The translations under genes were made by a program, and so were the position numbers. A DNA stretch of 64,000 bases from an uncultured Chloroflexia bacterium. GTDB lineage: Bacteria; Chloroflexota; Chloroflexia; QHBQ01; JADMIH01. Numbering within the stretch: position 1 is the stretch's first letter; each line of letters starts with the position of its first letter. The notes under the pieces were generated by a model. It was not told the origin of the DNA. It searched no databases and was given only the letters and a program-made list of their open reading frames with translations. Of this stretch, positions 1-11,300 are shown one piece after another. The stretch is from the NCBI GenBank assembly GCA_963797095.1, contig CAWCNY010000002.1, forward strand, positions 768,001-832,000. The letters are read 5' to 3'.

Positions 1-123
1 ATGGCCCGCATCCGAGCCGCCAGAGACGCCACTATACCCTCCAACCAACAACAAGAGGGGACACCCTAAGGCATCCCCTCCACCAATCAGTCGCTACTCG
101 TCACTCGTTACTCGTCTTCCGAA

Positions 124-1791
124 TTACCGTTCGTGTTCTCCGTACAACATCTGCCGAATAACAAGCACGTCCTGCCTCATCTGGTTATCCGTCTCCACCA
201 GGCCCTCGATCTTCTCGAACGAGTGCATAGCAGTAGTATGGTCCCTCTTCCCAAAATAAGCCGCGATCTGGATAAACGGAGTCTCCAACTCCTCCCTCAT
301 CAAATACATCGCCACCTGCCTCGGAACCAGAACCTCCCGGCTCCGCGACCCCGTCTTCAGGTCCTCCGGCTCCAAATTAAAGAAGCTCGAGACCGTCTCC
401 ACGATCCTCTCGTGCGTAATCGGCCTTCGCCTCTGGCTCGCCCCCAGGTCCGTCAGCGTAGTCGCGGCCAGGTCCACCGTCACGCCTGTCCCGTTCAAAC
501 TCGCGTAAGCCACGATCCTGTTCAGAGCGCCCTCAAGCTCCCTGATATTGCTCTGCACCTTGCGGGCGATATAATCCACCACCTCGCTCGGAACCCGCAC
601 CTCCATACTCTCCGCCTTAGCCCGCAGGATCGCGATCCTCGTCTCCAAATCCGGAGGCTGAATATCCGCCGCAAGCCCCCACTCAAACCTCGACCTCAGC
701 CTCTCCTCCAGCGTCAAAATCGCCTTCGGCGGCCTATCGCTCGTCATCACAACCTGCTTGTTAGCCCCGTGCAGCGCATTGAAAGTATGGAAGAACTCCT
801 CCTGAGTGCTCTCCTTACCCGCGATGAACTGGATATCGTCCACCAGCAAAATATCCGTATTCCTGTACATACTCCTGAACGTCTCGTTCCGCCCCTCCCT
901 GATCGCATTGATCAGGTCGTTCGTAAACTTCTCGCTCGTCACATACAGCACCCGGATGCCTGGGTGCCGCCTCATAGCCTCATGCCCGATAGCGTGCAAA
1001 AGGTGCGTCTTCCCAAGCCCCGCCCCCCCGTAAAGGAACAGCGGGTTATACCCAAGCGCGGGCTTCTCGGCCACCGAGCGGCTGGCCGCGTGCGCAAGCT
1101 GGTTGCTCTTGCCCACGATGAACTTATCGAATGTATACTTCGAGTTGAGCATAGTGTTCTCTTCCATGCTCATCTCAAGCTGCACGGCAGGCCGCCCTCC
1201 CGGTCCGCCCCCGCCCCGAATATAAGCGGGAGCCTGCCCGGGCGCTGTGCTCGTCCCACCCCGTGGCATCCCGGTGCTCCCAGGAGCTACCGGCCTGATA
1301 ACATTCGCCGCCCCACCGCCGGCCGCCACCTGTCCGTTCGGCTGGCTCTGCGTCCCAAGCTGACCGTATATATTGATAGGTGTAGGTTCCCCGTGAGTCC
1401 CATGCCCCTGCGGCTGCGTCGTCACCGGCTTCTGCCCTATAGACCCGCCTACCTGCTGGCCGACCGCTATAGGCATCTCCACTTCCTGCTTCTCGCCGAC
1501 CCCATCCAGCGCATGCAAGGCCCTCTGGCTCTCCCCTCGTGCGGGCGTCTTCACCTCGAACCTTACCTCTACCTCGTATCCCAAAATACTCTTCAGCGTC
1601 TCAGCGATCTCCTTGCTGTACCTCTTCTCAAGCCACTCCTTAGCGAAGTTGCTAGGCACAGCGATCGCCACCAGCTTACCCTCATCAAACTGTGCAATAG
1701 AGGTATTCTTCAACCACGTCTGGAAGCTCGGCCCAGGCACCTTTACCTGCAAATCGCCCAACGCCGCTTGCCACAATTGCTTGGCATTCAT
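124..1791 (-). CDS. dnaA: Chromosomal replication initiator DnaA
   Basis: Walker A GGAGLGKT, LLVDDIQF, QEEFFHTFN, RLRSRFEWGL, domain IV RDHTT. The start at 1791 (MNAKQLW) has a GGAGGAG Shine-Dalgarno; the track start at 1842 is probably too long. Confidence 0.97.
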   Translation of the reverse strand: MNAKQLWQAALGDLQVKVPGPSFQTWLKNTSIAQFDEGKLVAIAVPSNFAKEWLEKRYSKEIAETLKSILGYEVEVRFEVKTPARGESQRALHALDGVGEKQEVEMPIAVGQQVGGSIGQKPVTTQPQGHGTHGEPTPINIYGQLGTQSQPNGQVAAGGGAANVIRPVAPGSTGMPRGGTSTAPGQAPAYIRGGGGPGGRPAVQLEMSMEENTMLNSKYTFDKFIVGKSNQLAHAASRSVAEKPALGYNPLFLYGGAGLGKTHLLHAIGHEAMRRHPGIRVLYVTSEKFTNDLINAIREGRNETFRSMYRNTDILLVDDIQFIAGKESTQEEFFHTFNALHGANKQVVMTSDRPPKAILTLEERLRSRFEWGLAADIQPPDLETRIAILRAKAESMEVRVPSEVVDYIARKVQSNIRELEGALNRIVAYASLNGTGVTVDLAATTLTDLGASQRRRPITHERIVETVSSFFNLEPEDLKTGSRSREVLVPRQVAMYLMREELETPFIQIAAYFGKRDHTTAMHSFEKIEGLVETDNQMRQDVLVIRQMLYGEHER

Positions 1792-2071
1792 CCGGCCCTC
1801 TCCTCCCGCTCCTGCGTGTTTAGAATGTTCAGATCCTCCCATAAGGAACCTCGCTCCCTCGACACCCGGTACGCGCCACCTCTATCCAAATGTCTCTACC
1901 GGCTAATCACCTCGCTAACACCGCAAAACAAAACACTCTACCAACTACCACTCATCACTCGTCGCGTTCCACCCATCATATCAGCGCTTACCAGCAATTT
2001 CAATAATCTCTCTAAGCGATTTCCATAAGAAGGAGTTATATCATACAAATTCCAGGAGCCTCTACAGGGAC

Positions 2072-2449
2072 TTTTCCACATGGCTAGTGTATAAACTTAT
2101 CCACATTTCCACGCCCCCTGTGCATTCCCTCCTCGACCCTCCGATCCCAAACCGCAGCCGTCTACATCTTGTGCCGCCATGAGTAATACAATACCACATC
2201 TAGTGGGCTCTTGTCTAGTCCCTAGACATAAGATTCCCACACATTTTCCTCAGTAAATGAGGTCGATGTGGCGCGTACGCCGCTCTATAGATTACTACCA
2301 GGAGAACTAAGGTTATAGCAAGCCAAACGAAGTATAGGGTCTAATTAGGACCTGTTACACTTCGCTGAGTTTTGGGGCCTGTTGAGGGGGCTTTCCCGAA
2401 GCCCCGTTAAGATACGCTATCCACACCCAGGAGTCAAGACTTTTCCACG
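2072..2449. promoter_or_regulatory. DnaA-box cluster upstream of dnaA (autoregulatory and/or oriC)
   Basis: Perfect TTATCCACA at 2097-2105. Near-matches: TTTTCCACA 2072-2080, TTATACACT (- strand) 2086-2094, CTATCCACA 2417-2425, TTTTCCACG 2441-2449. All lie in the ~800-bp non-coding gap. Confidence 0.75.
2159..2206. promoter_or_regulatory. Tandem NrdR-box-like operators
   Basis: cgtCTACATCTTGtg (2159-2173) and ataCCACATCTAGtgg (2191-2206) resemble the NrdR consensus acaCwAtATaTwGtg and are 32 bp apart. Confidence 0.55.
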
Positions 2450-2596
2450 TTATTTTGGCGAAATCCCCATAACGATTCTGTGCATCCATCCTACCCGTAA
2501 TATTAGCAATACTCGCTAGAACATCCGCTCCAATCTCCCTGCGCCCGCCTACTCTCCCATCACATACACCATCAACCTCCGGTTGAACGTCCTTCC

Positions 2597-4300
2597 CTAA
2601 TCGGCCAACTGCGCCATCGTCCCCTCGACTATCGCTTTCACCGTTTCGTCGTTCAGGGCGAACTTCGCGCCCGCCGCCTCGAATAGTAGAGGCAATGGCT
2701 TCGATCCGCCAAGGGCCAATCCTCTCTTGTATTCCTCGATCGCCTTGCGTTCGTTCTCCAGCGAATTGAGCCAGATCCTCAGCGCCGCCAATTGGGCGAT
2801 CCCGTATTCCACGTAGTAGAACGGCACATCGAACACATGCGGATACTGCCACCCGATCTCGCGGTACTGCTCAAGGCCCGTCCAATCTAGCCCCTGCCTG
2901 AACCTCTCCTCAAGCTCAACCCACTTTTTGCGTCTCGCGGATGCGCTGTGGTCGTCTGCCGTGTATACCCAATGCTGGAATGAGTTGATCATCGCCATGA
3001 ACGGGAAGAAGCGCAGCTTTTCGCGCAATTGGTCTTTCAGCAGCCGTCCTCGTTCCTCTTCGCTATAGAACTCATCGAGATAGGGCCGCGAAAGCAATTC
3101 CATGCTCATCGAGGCCACTTCCGAGAACTCGTGAGTGGTGCTGTGGTAGCTGGGGATGGGGAGTTTTCTGGCCAGATAGTAGTGGAACGAATGGCCTCCC
3201 TCGTGCAGCAGTGTATCGACATCGTCCTTGGTGCCCACCGCGTTCATGAATATGAAGGGCACGCGCGTGTCCGATAGCATATCCATGTAGCCGCCCGGCG
3301 CTTTGCCCGGTCTGTTATCGAGGTCAAGCAGCTTCTGGTCGATCATCTCCCTGAAGTACTGGGCCAATTCGGGGTCGAGCCTGCTGACGATCCGGTAGCA
3401 CCCCTCCTCCAATTCCTCGACCGTCCTGAACGGCTTCATAGGAGGCGCGCCCCTTGGGTCCACTTCGGTATCCCATGGCCGCGGCGCGTCCAGGCCCAAC
3501 TGATCTGCTCGCCTCTCCCAATCTGTTGCTACCACCGGTGTGATATTGCGTGCTATGGCGTCGTGGAATGCCAGGCACTCCTCAGGCGTATAATCGAACC
3601 GCTTCATCTCCTGGAACTTATAGTCGCGGAAGTTCGGGAACCCTGCGTTGTGCGCGATCTTCTGCCGCACCTCGTACATCCTGTCGTACAATTCGTCCAA
3701 TGCCGGAGCGTCTGCCAGCTTGGCGTTCCACCGCGCCCGCCACGCCTCTTCCCTGGTTTCTCTGTCTTGCTCCTCAAGGAAAGGGAGCAACTGCGGTAAC
3801 GTGTATTTCTTCCCCCTGAACTCCGCCTCCTGCGCGCCCACGATTTTGTTGAACTCCTGCTCAAGCCTGCGGTCCTCCTGCATCAGAGGCACATTCTCCT
3901 CGCGGAATAGCTCCACCTCCGACCTGATGTTGCGCAGGTACACAAGGTAATCATCTCCCAGCTTATCTACCGCCGGAGACTCCAGGATCTTCCTCTTGAG
4001 CGCGAAATCTCTCTGCTCCTTGATAGGCAGCACGTCGTCCACGATCTGCAAATAGCGCGCTTCGTAATCCTGGTTGGTAGTGTCCACGGTCATATCGATG
4101 TACGCTACCGAATAGCACTCGTAGAGGACCGCGCTCAACTCCTCCCAATCCAGAATGAAATCCTCCAGTTTCGCCTTCGTACCGACAGATCGCAGCTCAA
4201 GCTCATCGTAAATGCGGTTCAAAGCCTCCGTATCCATAGGGTCAAGCTCCTCAGGCACGAACCTTCGAGGAGCCAGTCGTCGTGCTGTGAAATTAGGCAT
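2597..4300 (-). CDS. M3 family oligoendopeptidase (PepF-like)
   Basis: Zn motif HEGGH, GKAPGGY, EVASMSME, PFYYVEYG. Confidence 0.92.
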   Translation of the reverse strand: MPNFTARRLAPRRFVPEELDPMDTEALNRIYDELELRSVGTKAKLEDFILDWEELSAVLYECYSVAYIDMTVDTTNQDYEARYLQIVDDVLPIKEQRDFALKRKILESPAVDKLGDDYLVYLRNIRSEVELFREENVPLMQEDRRLEQEFNKIVGAQEAEFRGKKYTLPQLLPFLEEQDRETREEAWRARWNAKLADAPALDELYDRMYEVRQKIAHNAGFPNFRDYKFQEMKRFDYTPEECLAFHDAIARNITPVVATDWERRADQLGLDAPRPWDTEVDPRGAPPMKPFRTVEELEEGCYRIVSRLDPELAQYFREMIDQKLLDLDNRPGKAPGGYMDMLSDTRVPFIFMNAVGTKDDVDTLLHEGGHSFHYYLARKLPIPSYHSTTHEFSEVASMSMELLSRPYLDEFYSEEERGRLLKDQLREKLRFFPFMAMINSFQHWVYTADDHSASARRKKWVELEERFRQGLDWTGLEQYREIGWQYPHVFDVPFYYVEYGIAQLAALRIWLNSLENERKAIEEYKRGLALGGSKPLPLLFEAAGAKFALNDETVKAIVEGTMAQLAD

Positions 4301-4397
4301 TTGTGTTTGTAGTTCCTTTCCAGTGTCAAGCTTACCCTACATTATATATACAGACCCCTCTCCGCCAACAGGGTCGCGGGAAGTATCCTTTATCCCC

Positions 4398-6095
4398 TCA
4401 TACTCTCATCCCCTGCCACTTCCCCCCACGGAACCGCAGATAGAGCAATATCGCTCGCACCGACGCCTCCACGATCAGCGCCATGTAAATACCTACCAAC
4501 CCCAGGCCCAACCCCGGCACACAGGTGCTGGTGAATGGAACGCACACGGCAGGCAGGCCCAGGAACGCCCCCACCGGCAGGCGTATCAGCCACACCGCGC
4601 AACTGGTGACCCACATAGGGTAGCGCACATCGCCTGCACCCCTCAAAGCCCCGCCCAGCACGAACGCTATCGCCAGCATGGGCTGGTACAGCGCGATCAC
4701 CTTCAGGCTGTCTGCTCCCAGCGAGATAAGGCGGGGGTCGTCGGTGAACAGCCTTATCAGCGTATCCCCGAAGAAGAAGAACACCACCCCCATCAATCCC
4801 ATCCATATCACCGCCGAGCGGGTAGCCAGTTGCGCGCCCAACGTAGCCCGCCTGGGACTCTTCGCTCCCAGGCTTTGCCCAACCAGCGTGGTAGCCGCTA
4901 CCGCGAACCCGAACCCCGGCATCTGCGACAGGAACACGGCGTTAAGCGCCAGTCTCGAAGTAGCGAACACCACCTCGCCCAGCCCGATCACCAGCAAGCT
5001 GTAGATCAGGATCCCCAGCGACATGAATAACTGCTCCAGCGCCGATGGCAGTCCGATCTTCATCACCCGCCCGATGGTATCGAAGTTGGGCCGCCACGAT
5101 CCCACACCCAGCACCCTGAGCGTCGATCTTGGCATCAGGAAGACGCCAAGCAGCACCAACGTGCCAATCGTTCGTGCGATCACCGCCGCCCATGCCGACC
5201 CCGCGACGCCTAGCTCAGGTATCCAATCGAGGCCGGGAACGATCACCTGTCCTGAGCCGCCAACTGCGTGAAATATCCCCGTGATCCAGCCGCCCAGGAT
5301 ATCGCTGGCCTTATTGCCACCAAACACCAGCTCCACTGCCAGCACTGCATTGACTACGTTGATCCCGGCGGTCACCATCATAGGCGTGCGCGTGTCGCCC
5401 GCCCCTCGCAACGCCGCCCCTGCCACGAACATCATCACCAGCGGCAGCGCCGAAAAGAGCGTTATCCCCAGGTAGGTAGCTCCCTCGCCCGCCGCCTCGC
5501 TATCCAGGCCAACCAGCGTCATAAGCGGCTGCGCCAGAAACCCAACCGGTATCAACACCAGGCTTGCCGCCACCGACAGCAACAGCGATTGCTTCAGCAC
5601 TGCATTGGCGTTACTCCTCTGTTGCGCGCCGATATAGCGCGCCACCAGCACCGTGGTGCCCATGCTGATGGCGATGAGAGCCGTGGTCAATATCCAGATC
5701 AACTGCTGGGCCGCCCCCACGCCCGACAGAGCCGCCGTTCCAAGCCGCGCCACCACAGCAGTGTCCACGATCCCCAGTAGCGTCTGCAACGCGTTCTCGG
5801 CGATGGCGGGCCACGCCAGCCTGAACACCGTTCGCCCCACCGCGCGCCGCTCGTCTGCTGTCAGTTCGTCCTCATGCTCACCTACCTGAGGCTCCGTGAC
5901 CACAAGCCCATCCGCAATCGTTTCGGCCTGCGCCGCTACCTCTAGCCCCAACACCCCCGGCGCAAACATATCTGCAACTTCTGCCACTTCCAGTGCCGCC
6001 TCTTCCGCGACCACCGAGTTGAGCACGCTCCCGCCCTGCACACTTTGTGGCGCAGGCATCTCCTTTTCAACTTCTCTTTTGACAGTCGAACTCAT
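4398..6095 (-). CDS. MATE family efflux transporter
   Basis: Many TM helices; LAWPAIAEN...DTAVVARLG; twice-repeated LRGAGD motif. Confidence 0.92.
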   Translation of the reverse strand: MSSTVKREVEKEMPAPQSVQGGSVLNSVVAEEAALEVAEVADMFAPGVLGLEVAAQAETIADGLVVTEPQVGEHEDELTADERRAVGRTVFRLAWPAIAENALQTLLGIVDTAVVARLGTAALSGVGAAQQLIWILTTALIAISMGTTVLVARYIGAQQRSNANAVLKQSLLLSVAASLVLIPVGFLAQPLMTLVGLDSEAAGEGATYLGITLFSALPLVMMFVAGAALRGAGDTRTPMMVTAGINVVNAVLAVELVFGGNKASDILGGWITGIFHAVGGSGQVIVPGLDWIPELGVAGSAWAAVIARTIGTLVLLGVFLMPRSTLRVLGVGSWRPNFDTIGRVMKIGLPSALEQLFMSLGILIYSLLVIGLGEVVFATSRLALNAVFLSQMPGFGFAVAATTLVGQSLGAKSPRRATLGAQLATRSAVIWMGLMGVVFFFFGDTLIRLFTDDPRLISLGADSLKVIALYQPMLAIAFVLGGALRGAGDVRYPMWVTSCAVWLIRLPVGAFLGLPAVCVPFTSTCVPGLGLGLVGIYMALIVEASVRAILLYLRFRGGKWQGMRV

Positions 6096-6265
6096 CCTTA
6101 TATCCTTAGCCCAAATAGACTTATATCTAATAACTGGCCCATTTTTTAGGGCGGCTAGTCAGCCGCCCGTACTAATTATTAATTGCTTGTTAATTATAGC
6201 ACATCAACCCCATTCAACCACTCTATGCTTTCCCACTCCTCCAGAAAACGAACCAACAAAGAGAT

Positions 6266-6294
6266 TGTCATCCTGAGCGAAGCGAAGGATGACA
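6266..6294. repeat. Short extragenic palindrome (TGTCATCCTGAGCGAAGCGAAGGATGACA)
   Basis: 9-bp stem TGTCATCCT/AGGATGACA just downstream of hisS; resembles a widespread REP-like intergenic repeat. Confidence 0.5.
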
Positions 6295-6330
6295 GACCGG
6301 ACAGGGCAGCCTTCTGCCATATTTTCGTTA

Positions 6331-7695
6331 TTAACTACCCTGCAACATACTCGCAAGCATCCCGCGCTCCACTGTCTGCTGGTTGGGCGGTGGCACCTTC
6401 AAATTCTTCACCGTCACCGTGCCCGCTGCACGCTCGTCCGGCCCCATCACCAGCGCGAACGGTATCCCCAGCTTATCGGCATACCCGAACTGCTTGCCCA
6501 GCTTATCTCCGACATTGAGGTACACCTCTGAAGGTATACCCTGCTCTCTCAACTCGGTGACAAGCCGCGTGGCGTCCAGCACGCTCTCATGCGTACTATC
6601 GAACACCGTCACGAGCGCACGGCTCGGCGATGCCTGCGGAGTGATCATGCCCAGCGTGGTCATCACGTCAATGATCCTCTCGACCCCGAACGACCCGCCT
6701 GTGGTTGGCAAATTGCGCCCCGCGAACATCCCGATCAGGTTGTCGTATCTTCCACCGCCACCCAGCGACCCGATCTTCGGCTCATCTACCACGATCTCAA
6801 ACACCGCACCCGTATAGTAATCCAGCCCTCGCGCCAGCGTAACATCCACTTGGTAGCGGTCCAACTGCACCCCCATCCCCTCCAGAGCCGACAGGATCTC
6901 GCGCAGATTCTCCAATCCCCGCGTTGCTTCTGCATCATTCGCCAGCGGGCCTGCCAGCTCGGCTAGCAAGGCCGCGTTGTCCGCGAACCCACCCACCTTA
7001 CCGCCACTGGTGAACATCTCAAGCGCACGGCCTGCAGTCACCCTCGACACCCCGTTCTTGACCATTTCCTCAAGCACGCCCTCAGGACCGATCTTGTCCA
7101 GCTTATCCACCGCCCTGTAGATGCTGCCTGCCTGTGCTGCTTCTACACCCGCGCTTCGGGCCAAGCCCGCGAGCAGCGCCCGGTGGTTGATCAGCACCCT
7201 GTATTCCTTGAACCCCAGCCTGTCCATCACCTTCCCATAGATCGACAGCACCTCGGCATCGGCCAGCGGCGAAGCTGTGCCAACGATATCGATATCGCAC
7301 TGGTAGAACTCGCGGTATCGCCCGAACTGGGGGTTCTCGCCCCGCCACACCGGGCTGATCTGGTAGCGTTTCCAGGGTAACTGCAACTCGTTTAGGTGCA
7401 TCCCCACCACGCGCGCCAGAGGCACCGTCAGGTCGAACCTCAGCCCCACCTTCCGCTTGCCCTGGTCCTCGAACCTGTACATCAGGCGCTCGTCCTCGCC
7501 GTACTTCCCTTCAAGCGTGGCTGCGTACTCAAGCGAAGGCGTTTCCAGCGCCGCGAACCCGTGCAACTCGAACACCGACCGCAAAGTGTCCATAACATGC
7601 TGCCGCACAAACATGCCGGTGGGCAGGTGATCCCGAAACCCCTTCAATCTCTGGGCCTCGATACGCTTAGGTTTCTCTTGTTCGTTATTGGACAT
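6331..7695 (-). CDS. hisS: Histidine--tRNA ligase
   Basis: LRFDLTVP, motif 2 WRGENPQFGRYREFYQCDID, ARGLDYYTG, GGGRYD. Confidence 0.97.
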   Translation of the reverse strand: MSNNEQEKPKRIEAQRLKGFRDHLPTGMFVRQHVMDTLRSVFELHGFAALETPSLEYAATLEGKYGEDERLMYRFEDQGKRKVGLRFDLTVPLARVVGMHLNELQLPWKRYQISPVWRGENPQFGRYREFYQCDIDIVGTASPLADAEVLSIYGKVMDRLGFKEYRVLINHRALLAGLARSAGVEAAQAGSIYRAVDKLDKIGPEGVLEEMVKNGVSRVTAGRALEMFTSGGKVGGFADNAALLAELAGPLANDAEATRGLENLREILSALEGMGVQLDRYQVDVTLARGLDYYTGAVFEIVVDEPKIGSLGGGGRYDNLIGMFAGRNLPTTGGSFGVERIIDVMTTLGMITPQASPSRALVTVFDSTHESVLDATRLVTELREQGIPSEVYLNVGDKLGKQFGYADKLGIPFALVMGPDERAAGTVTVKNLKVPPPNQQTVERGMLASMLQGS

Positions 7696-7763
7696 CGCTC
7701 ATCTTCCTCCCCAACTCTATAAGCCTGGACTCCCCTTAATTATATCCTAACCACACCACCACG

Positions 7764-8291
7764 GTGATAGACATGCAAGGCTGATGCAAAGTCGGTATCG
7801 GACACACCAGGTTTGGTTGCTGTCGCATACCACGGACATTGCTCAAGTGCGGGCGCTACTCGCAGGCGTCCTGCCCATACGCCATCAGCCATACGCCACC
7901 CCCATATAGTCCCGAAGGGACGGCAGAGAGTAACCCAGAGCGTAAGCCCTGTGGTAAGCCCAAGATGATGCCATAGCCCCGTAGGGGCGTAAGAACCAGC
8001 ACTCTGCTATACTATTGATGCAATGCTCTTACGTCCCTTCGGGACTATATGGGGGTGGCGTATGATCCACAGGGCTTGCGCCCTGGGCTACTTTCTTACG
8101 TCCCTTTGGGACTTTGGCTTGGGTGGCACACACCCGAATTCGCAGAGCTATACCGTCACTATGCTCAACAGCACAATCTACTGGTAAGCACCGGCTCCGA
8201 CTCGCACGGCCCACCTGACCCTCTACCGATAAAATACCCGGCATCCCTCAGAAGGAACCTTCTGGAGCGTTGCGGAGTGGCCGTAGAATAG
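7764..8291 (+). pseudogene. Remnant of a PHP-domain phosphoesterase gene disrupted by a REP cluster
   Basis: The C-terminal part ...NLLVSTGSDSHG... is a PHP terminal motif. Decayed N-terminal-like fragments lie upstream, and the middle is occupied by palindromic repeats. Confidence 0.5.
7890..8112. repeat. REP/BIME-like palindrome cluster
   Basis: Four hairpins (GTCCCGAAGGGAC, GCCCCGTAGGGGC, GTCCCTTCGGGAC, GTCCCTTTGGGAC). Perfect 33-bp inverted repeat 7890-7922/8032-8064; imperfect IR 7931-7954/8067-8090. Confidence 0.8.
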
Positions 8292-8374
8292 GATAAGGAT
8301 AGGATATCGCCCTCAATTCCACACCGAATCCACACGATCCACAGTCCGCTTCCCCCATCATATAATCGCCTTGT

Positions 8375-11300
8375 ATGAGCGATTTCACTTATCTCTTTGT
8401 CCACACGCATTTCAGCCGTGCGGGCGGTCCCGCTTCACCCTCTGAATGGTGCAAGCGCGCGCTGGAACTAGGATACACCTCCATCGGCATGGCCGACCGC
8501 TCGCCCCTTTCCGGCTGGCCCGCCATGCACCGCGCCGCCCGCCAATCCGGTCTCGGCCTTGTTTATGGCGTGGAGGTCGATATTGTCCTCCCTCCGATTA
8601 ACAGCCCCAAGACTAAAGCGCCTATCGAACCCGCTGCCCAGGGTACCCTCTTGCTGGCACGCTCCCCCGAAGGTGCTCGTAACCTGGCTCACATGGCTTC
8701 CAGCGCCTACGCCCACTGGCCTTCCCACGAAACCCCCATACCCTGGGATGCCCTTGCCGCCCATCATGACGGCCTCTTTCTCATACTCCCCGGCGGCGAC
8801 GAAGCAGGCGCTCCTCAGCCTATCGCAGGCCAGGACGCCCGCAAAGCAGAAGCCTGGGCAGCCGCGCTCAAATCCGCCTTTGGCAACTCTCTCTATATTG
8901 GTCTGCCCCACTCAGGCAGGCCCGGCGATACCGCTCTCGCCGAGGCAATAGCGTCTCGCGCCCAGAGCCTGGACCTGCCCCTTGTGGCCCTGCCCCCCGC
9001 CCGCTACCTCCTGTCCGGCGACGCACCCGCTTATGAGGCTCTCAAAGTAGCCAGGTTCCGTGCAGGCTGGCCCCGCGAAATCGCCAATCTCCCCGCCTCT
9101 ACCGGCTCAATCGCTTCTGACCGTGCTGGTTACGACTACCTACGCTCCCCCGACGAGGCACTTGCGCTCTACAGCCGATGGCCTGCCGCTATCGAGAGCG
9201 CTGCACACATATCGACCGAGGTCGCCCGAATTGATACGTGGCCTTTTGAGACCCCAGATACCAACCACGCCCGCGCTTCCCTTCTAGAGATCGTTGAGCA
9301 ACGCCTTTCTCAATTGCCCGAATTCGTTGCACCTACTGAGTTGCTCACTCGTATCGAGAGCGAGCTTGATAGGTCGAGCCGTTGGGGTGTCGCAGGTGCG
9401 TGGTCGGCCCTTGCAGCTTTGGCAACGCATGCCCAGGATGCGCGAGAGCCTGTGCCAACCGGCTCGCCTGTGGGTCACGCTATCAACTCCTCTCTTGCCT
9501 ATACGCTGGGTGTATCCACAACCACGCCTGCCGATCCTCCCACTTCAGTCCAAATCGAGTCCCCACCCTTCCCAGGCGTCACCTTACCCTCAGCCGGGCG
9601 TTCTTTGCTGCTCAACCGCCTAGCTGAAGAATATGGGCCGGATAGAGTGGCCTATGCCGCCTGCGCCCTCGACATTATGCCTGTACAGGCGCTGGCCGCC
9701 TCGGCAGCCGTCCTCGCTGTGGACAGTAACACGGTGCGAAGCATCATTCTCGCTGCTATAGACGGTGGCTGGCAAGCCCTTGCGAACGCCACCGGAAGCG
9801 ACCCGATCATCCCTACCCTGGCAGACCTCGCCATCGCCCTCAAAGGCGCGCCCATCAGCTCCGTGCCGGACCGGGATACCGCCCTGGTTTCCCCACGTGC
9901 TATCTATGCAGGTTCGACGCTAGCCTCCTGGTTGCCGCTCTTGCAACCTCCAGTTGGTGCGTCCTCCCCGTTGCCCTCGTGGTCGCCCTGGTCCGCCGAA
10001 TCTCTTGCTTCGCTTGGTTACCCCGCTATCCACCTCCCTACCTCCCAGCAACTCGACGCTCTGCACGCCGCCCTGCGACTCGCACTCCGCTATCCTGTGC
10101 CCGGCCTCGCGCTTCCCCCTGCCGATGCCGGCCCCGATGCGCTCTCGGCGGCTCTCCACTCCCAGCATCCTTCCGCCTACTTCGCGGGCGCTCTTGATAC
10201 CGCATGGCGGCACGGCGAGGCCGTTTCTGTAGCCCCTCTGGCTGCCGAAGCCCACAAACTGGGCATCAAGATTGAGCCGCCTCACGTCAATTTCAGCCTT
10301 GAGCATCATACGTTACAGCGCGACGGCAACTCCTGGTCTATACTGTGGGGATTGGCCGCGCTTCCGGGCTGGAGTCCTGCCGCTACCCAAAGCTTCATTG
10401 GTGCTCGCCCGCCAGGCGGTTTTCCGTCCCTCTCCGCAGTGGTTGAAGCGGCCCTATCGTCCGGCCTTGATATTTCCCACCTGCGCACCCTCATCCTCGC
10501 GGGCGCCTGTGATACTCTCGGCGAACGCCCACGCGACCGCCATGCCTTGCTGTCTGCGCTCCCCTCTCTCTTCGAGTGGGCCACATCCCAGGCAACCCGG
10601 GGCGGCCCTGGCGGGGCCAACCAGCTCGACCTCTTCAGCGCTCCTGCCACTCCACCTCCACTTGAGGAAGACCTGCGCGAAGATAACGCCCAGACCTCGT
10701 TTGATGCAGTCCCTACTGCTTACTCTCCCTACGAGCGGTATCTTCGCAATCGCTGGGAGCGCGACAAACTGGGCGTCACATTCACAGAAGCAGACGAGAT
10801 GCACGCCCTTATCGCCGTTCTCGAAGACTCCGGGGCTTTACGCTCCCGTCTCACTTCGACCGAAAGCATCAATGCCAAACAGATAGGCGCGAGCATCCAT
10901 ATAGTGGGTATTCTCTGTGAAATAGCCTTTCTCGAAGGCCAAGATGGCGATACGTTGGCAGTATGCAGCCTACAGGACCCTTATGGCACCCTGGAACTGG
11001 TCACTTTCCCGCCTAACTACAAACGCCACACCTCTTTGTGGGTCGAAAACACCCTTGTTGCCGTTACCGCTCGCGTTCAGGCTCACCAGGATGGCAGTCT
11101 CTATCTCCTGTGCGAGCACCTTGCCCTGTTCACCGCAGGGGCCACCGACGAAAGCTTCAGTATCACAATCAAGACCAGGGCTGCCAGGGGCGCAGCCGCC
11201 AACAAGGAAGCCTCGCAAACTCCCAAACCCGCCTCATCTGCTCGCCCCGACCTCAAGATCGTAGCCGCCCCACCTCCCGAACCGAGGCGAGAGCCACAGC

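Noticed and set aside
133-2028. 631-aa + strand ORF antisense to dnaA
   Set aside because: Shadow frame caused by codon bias of the real gene; no recognisable motifs. The same applies to most short overlapping ORFs in the track.
2355-2852. 165-aa ORF overlapping the peptidase end and the DnaA-box region
   Set aside because: Alternate frame of the peptidase running into regulatory DNA; no protein-like features
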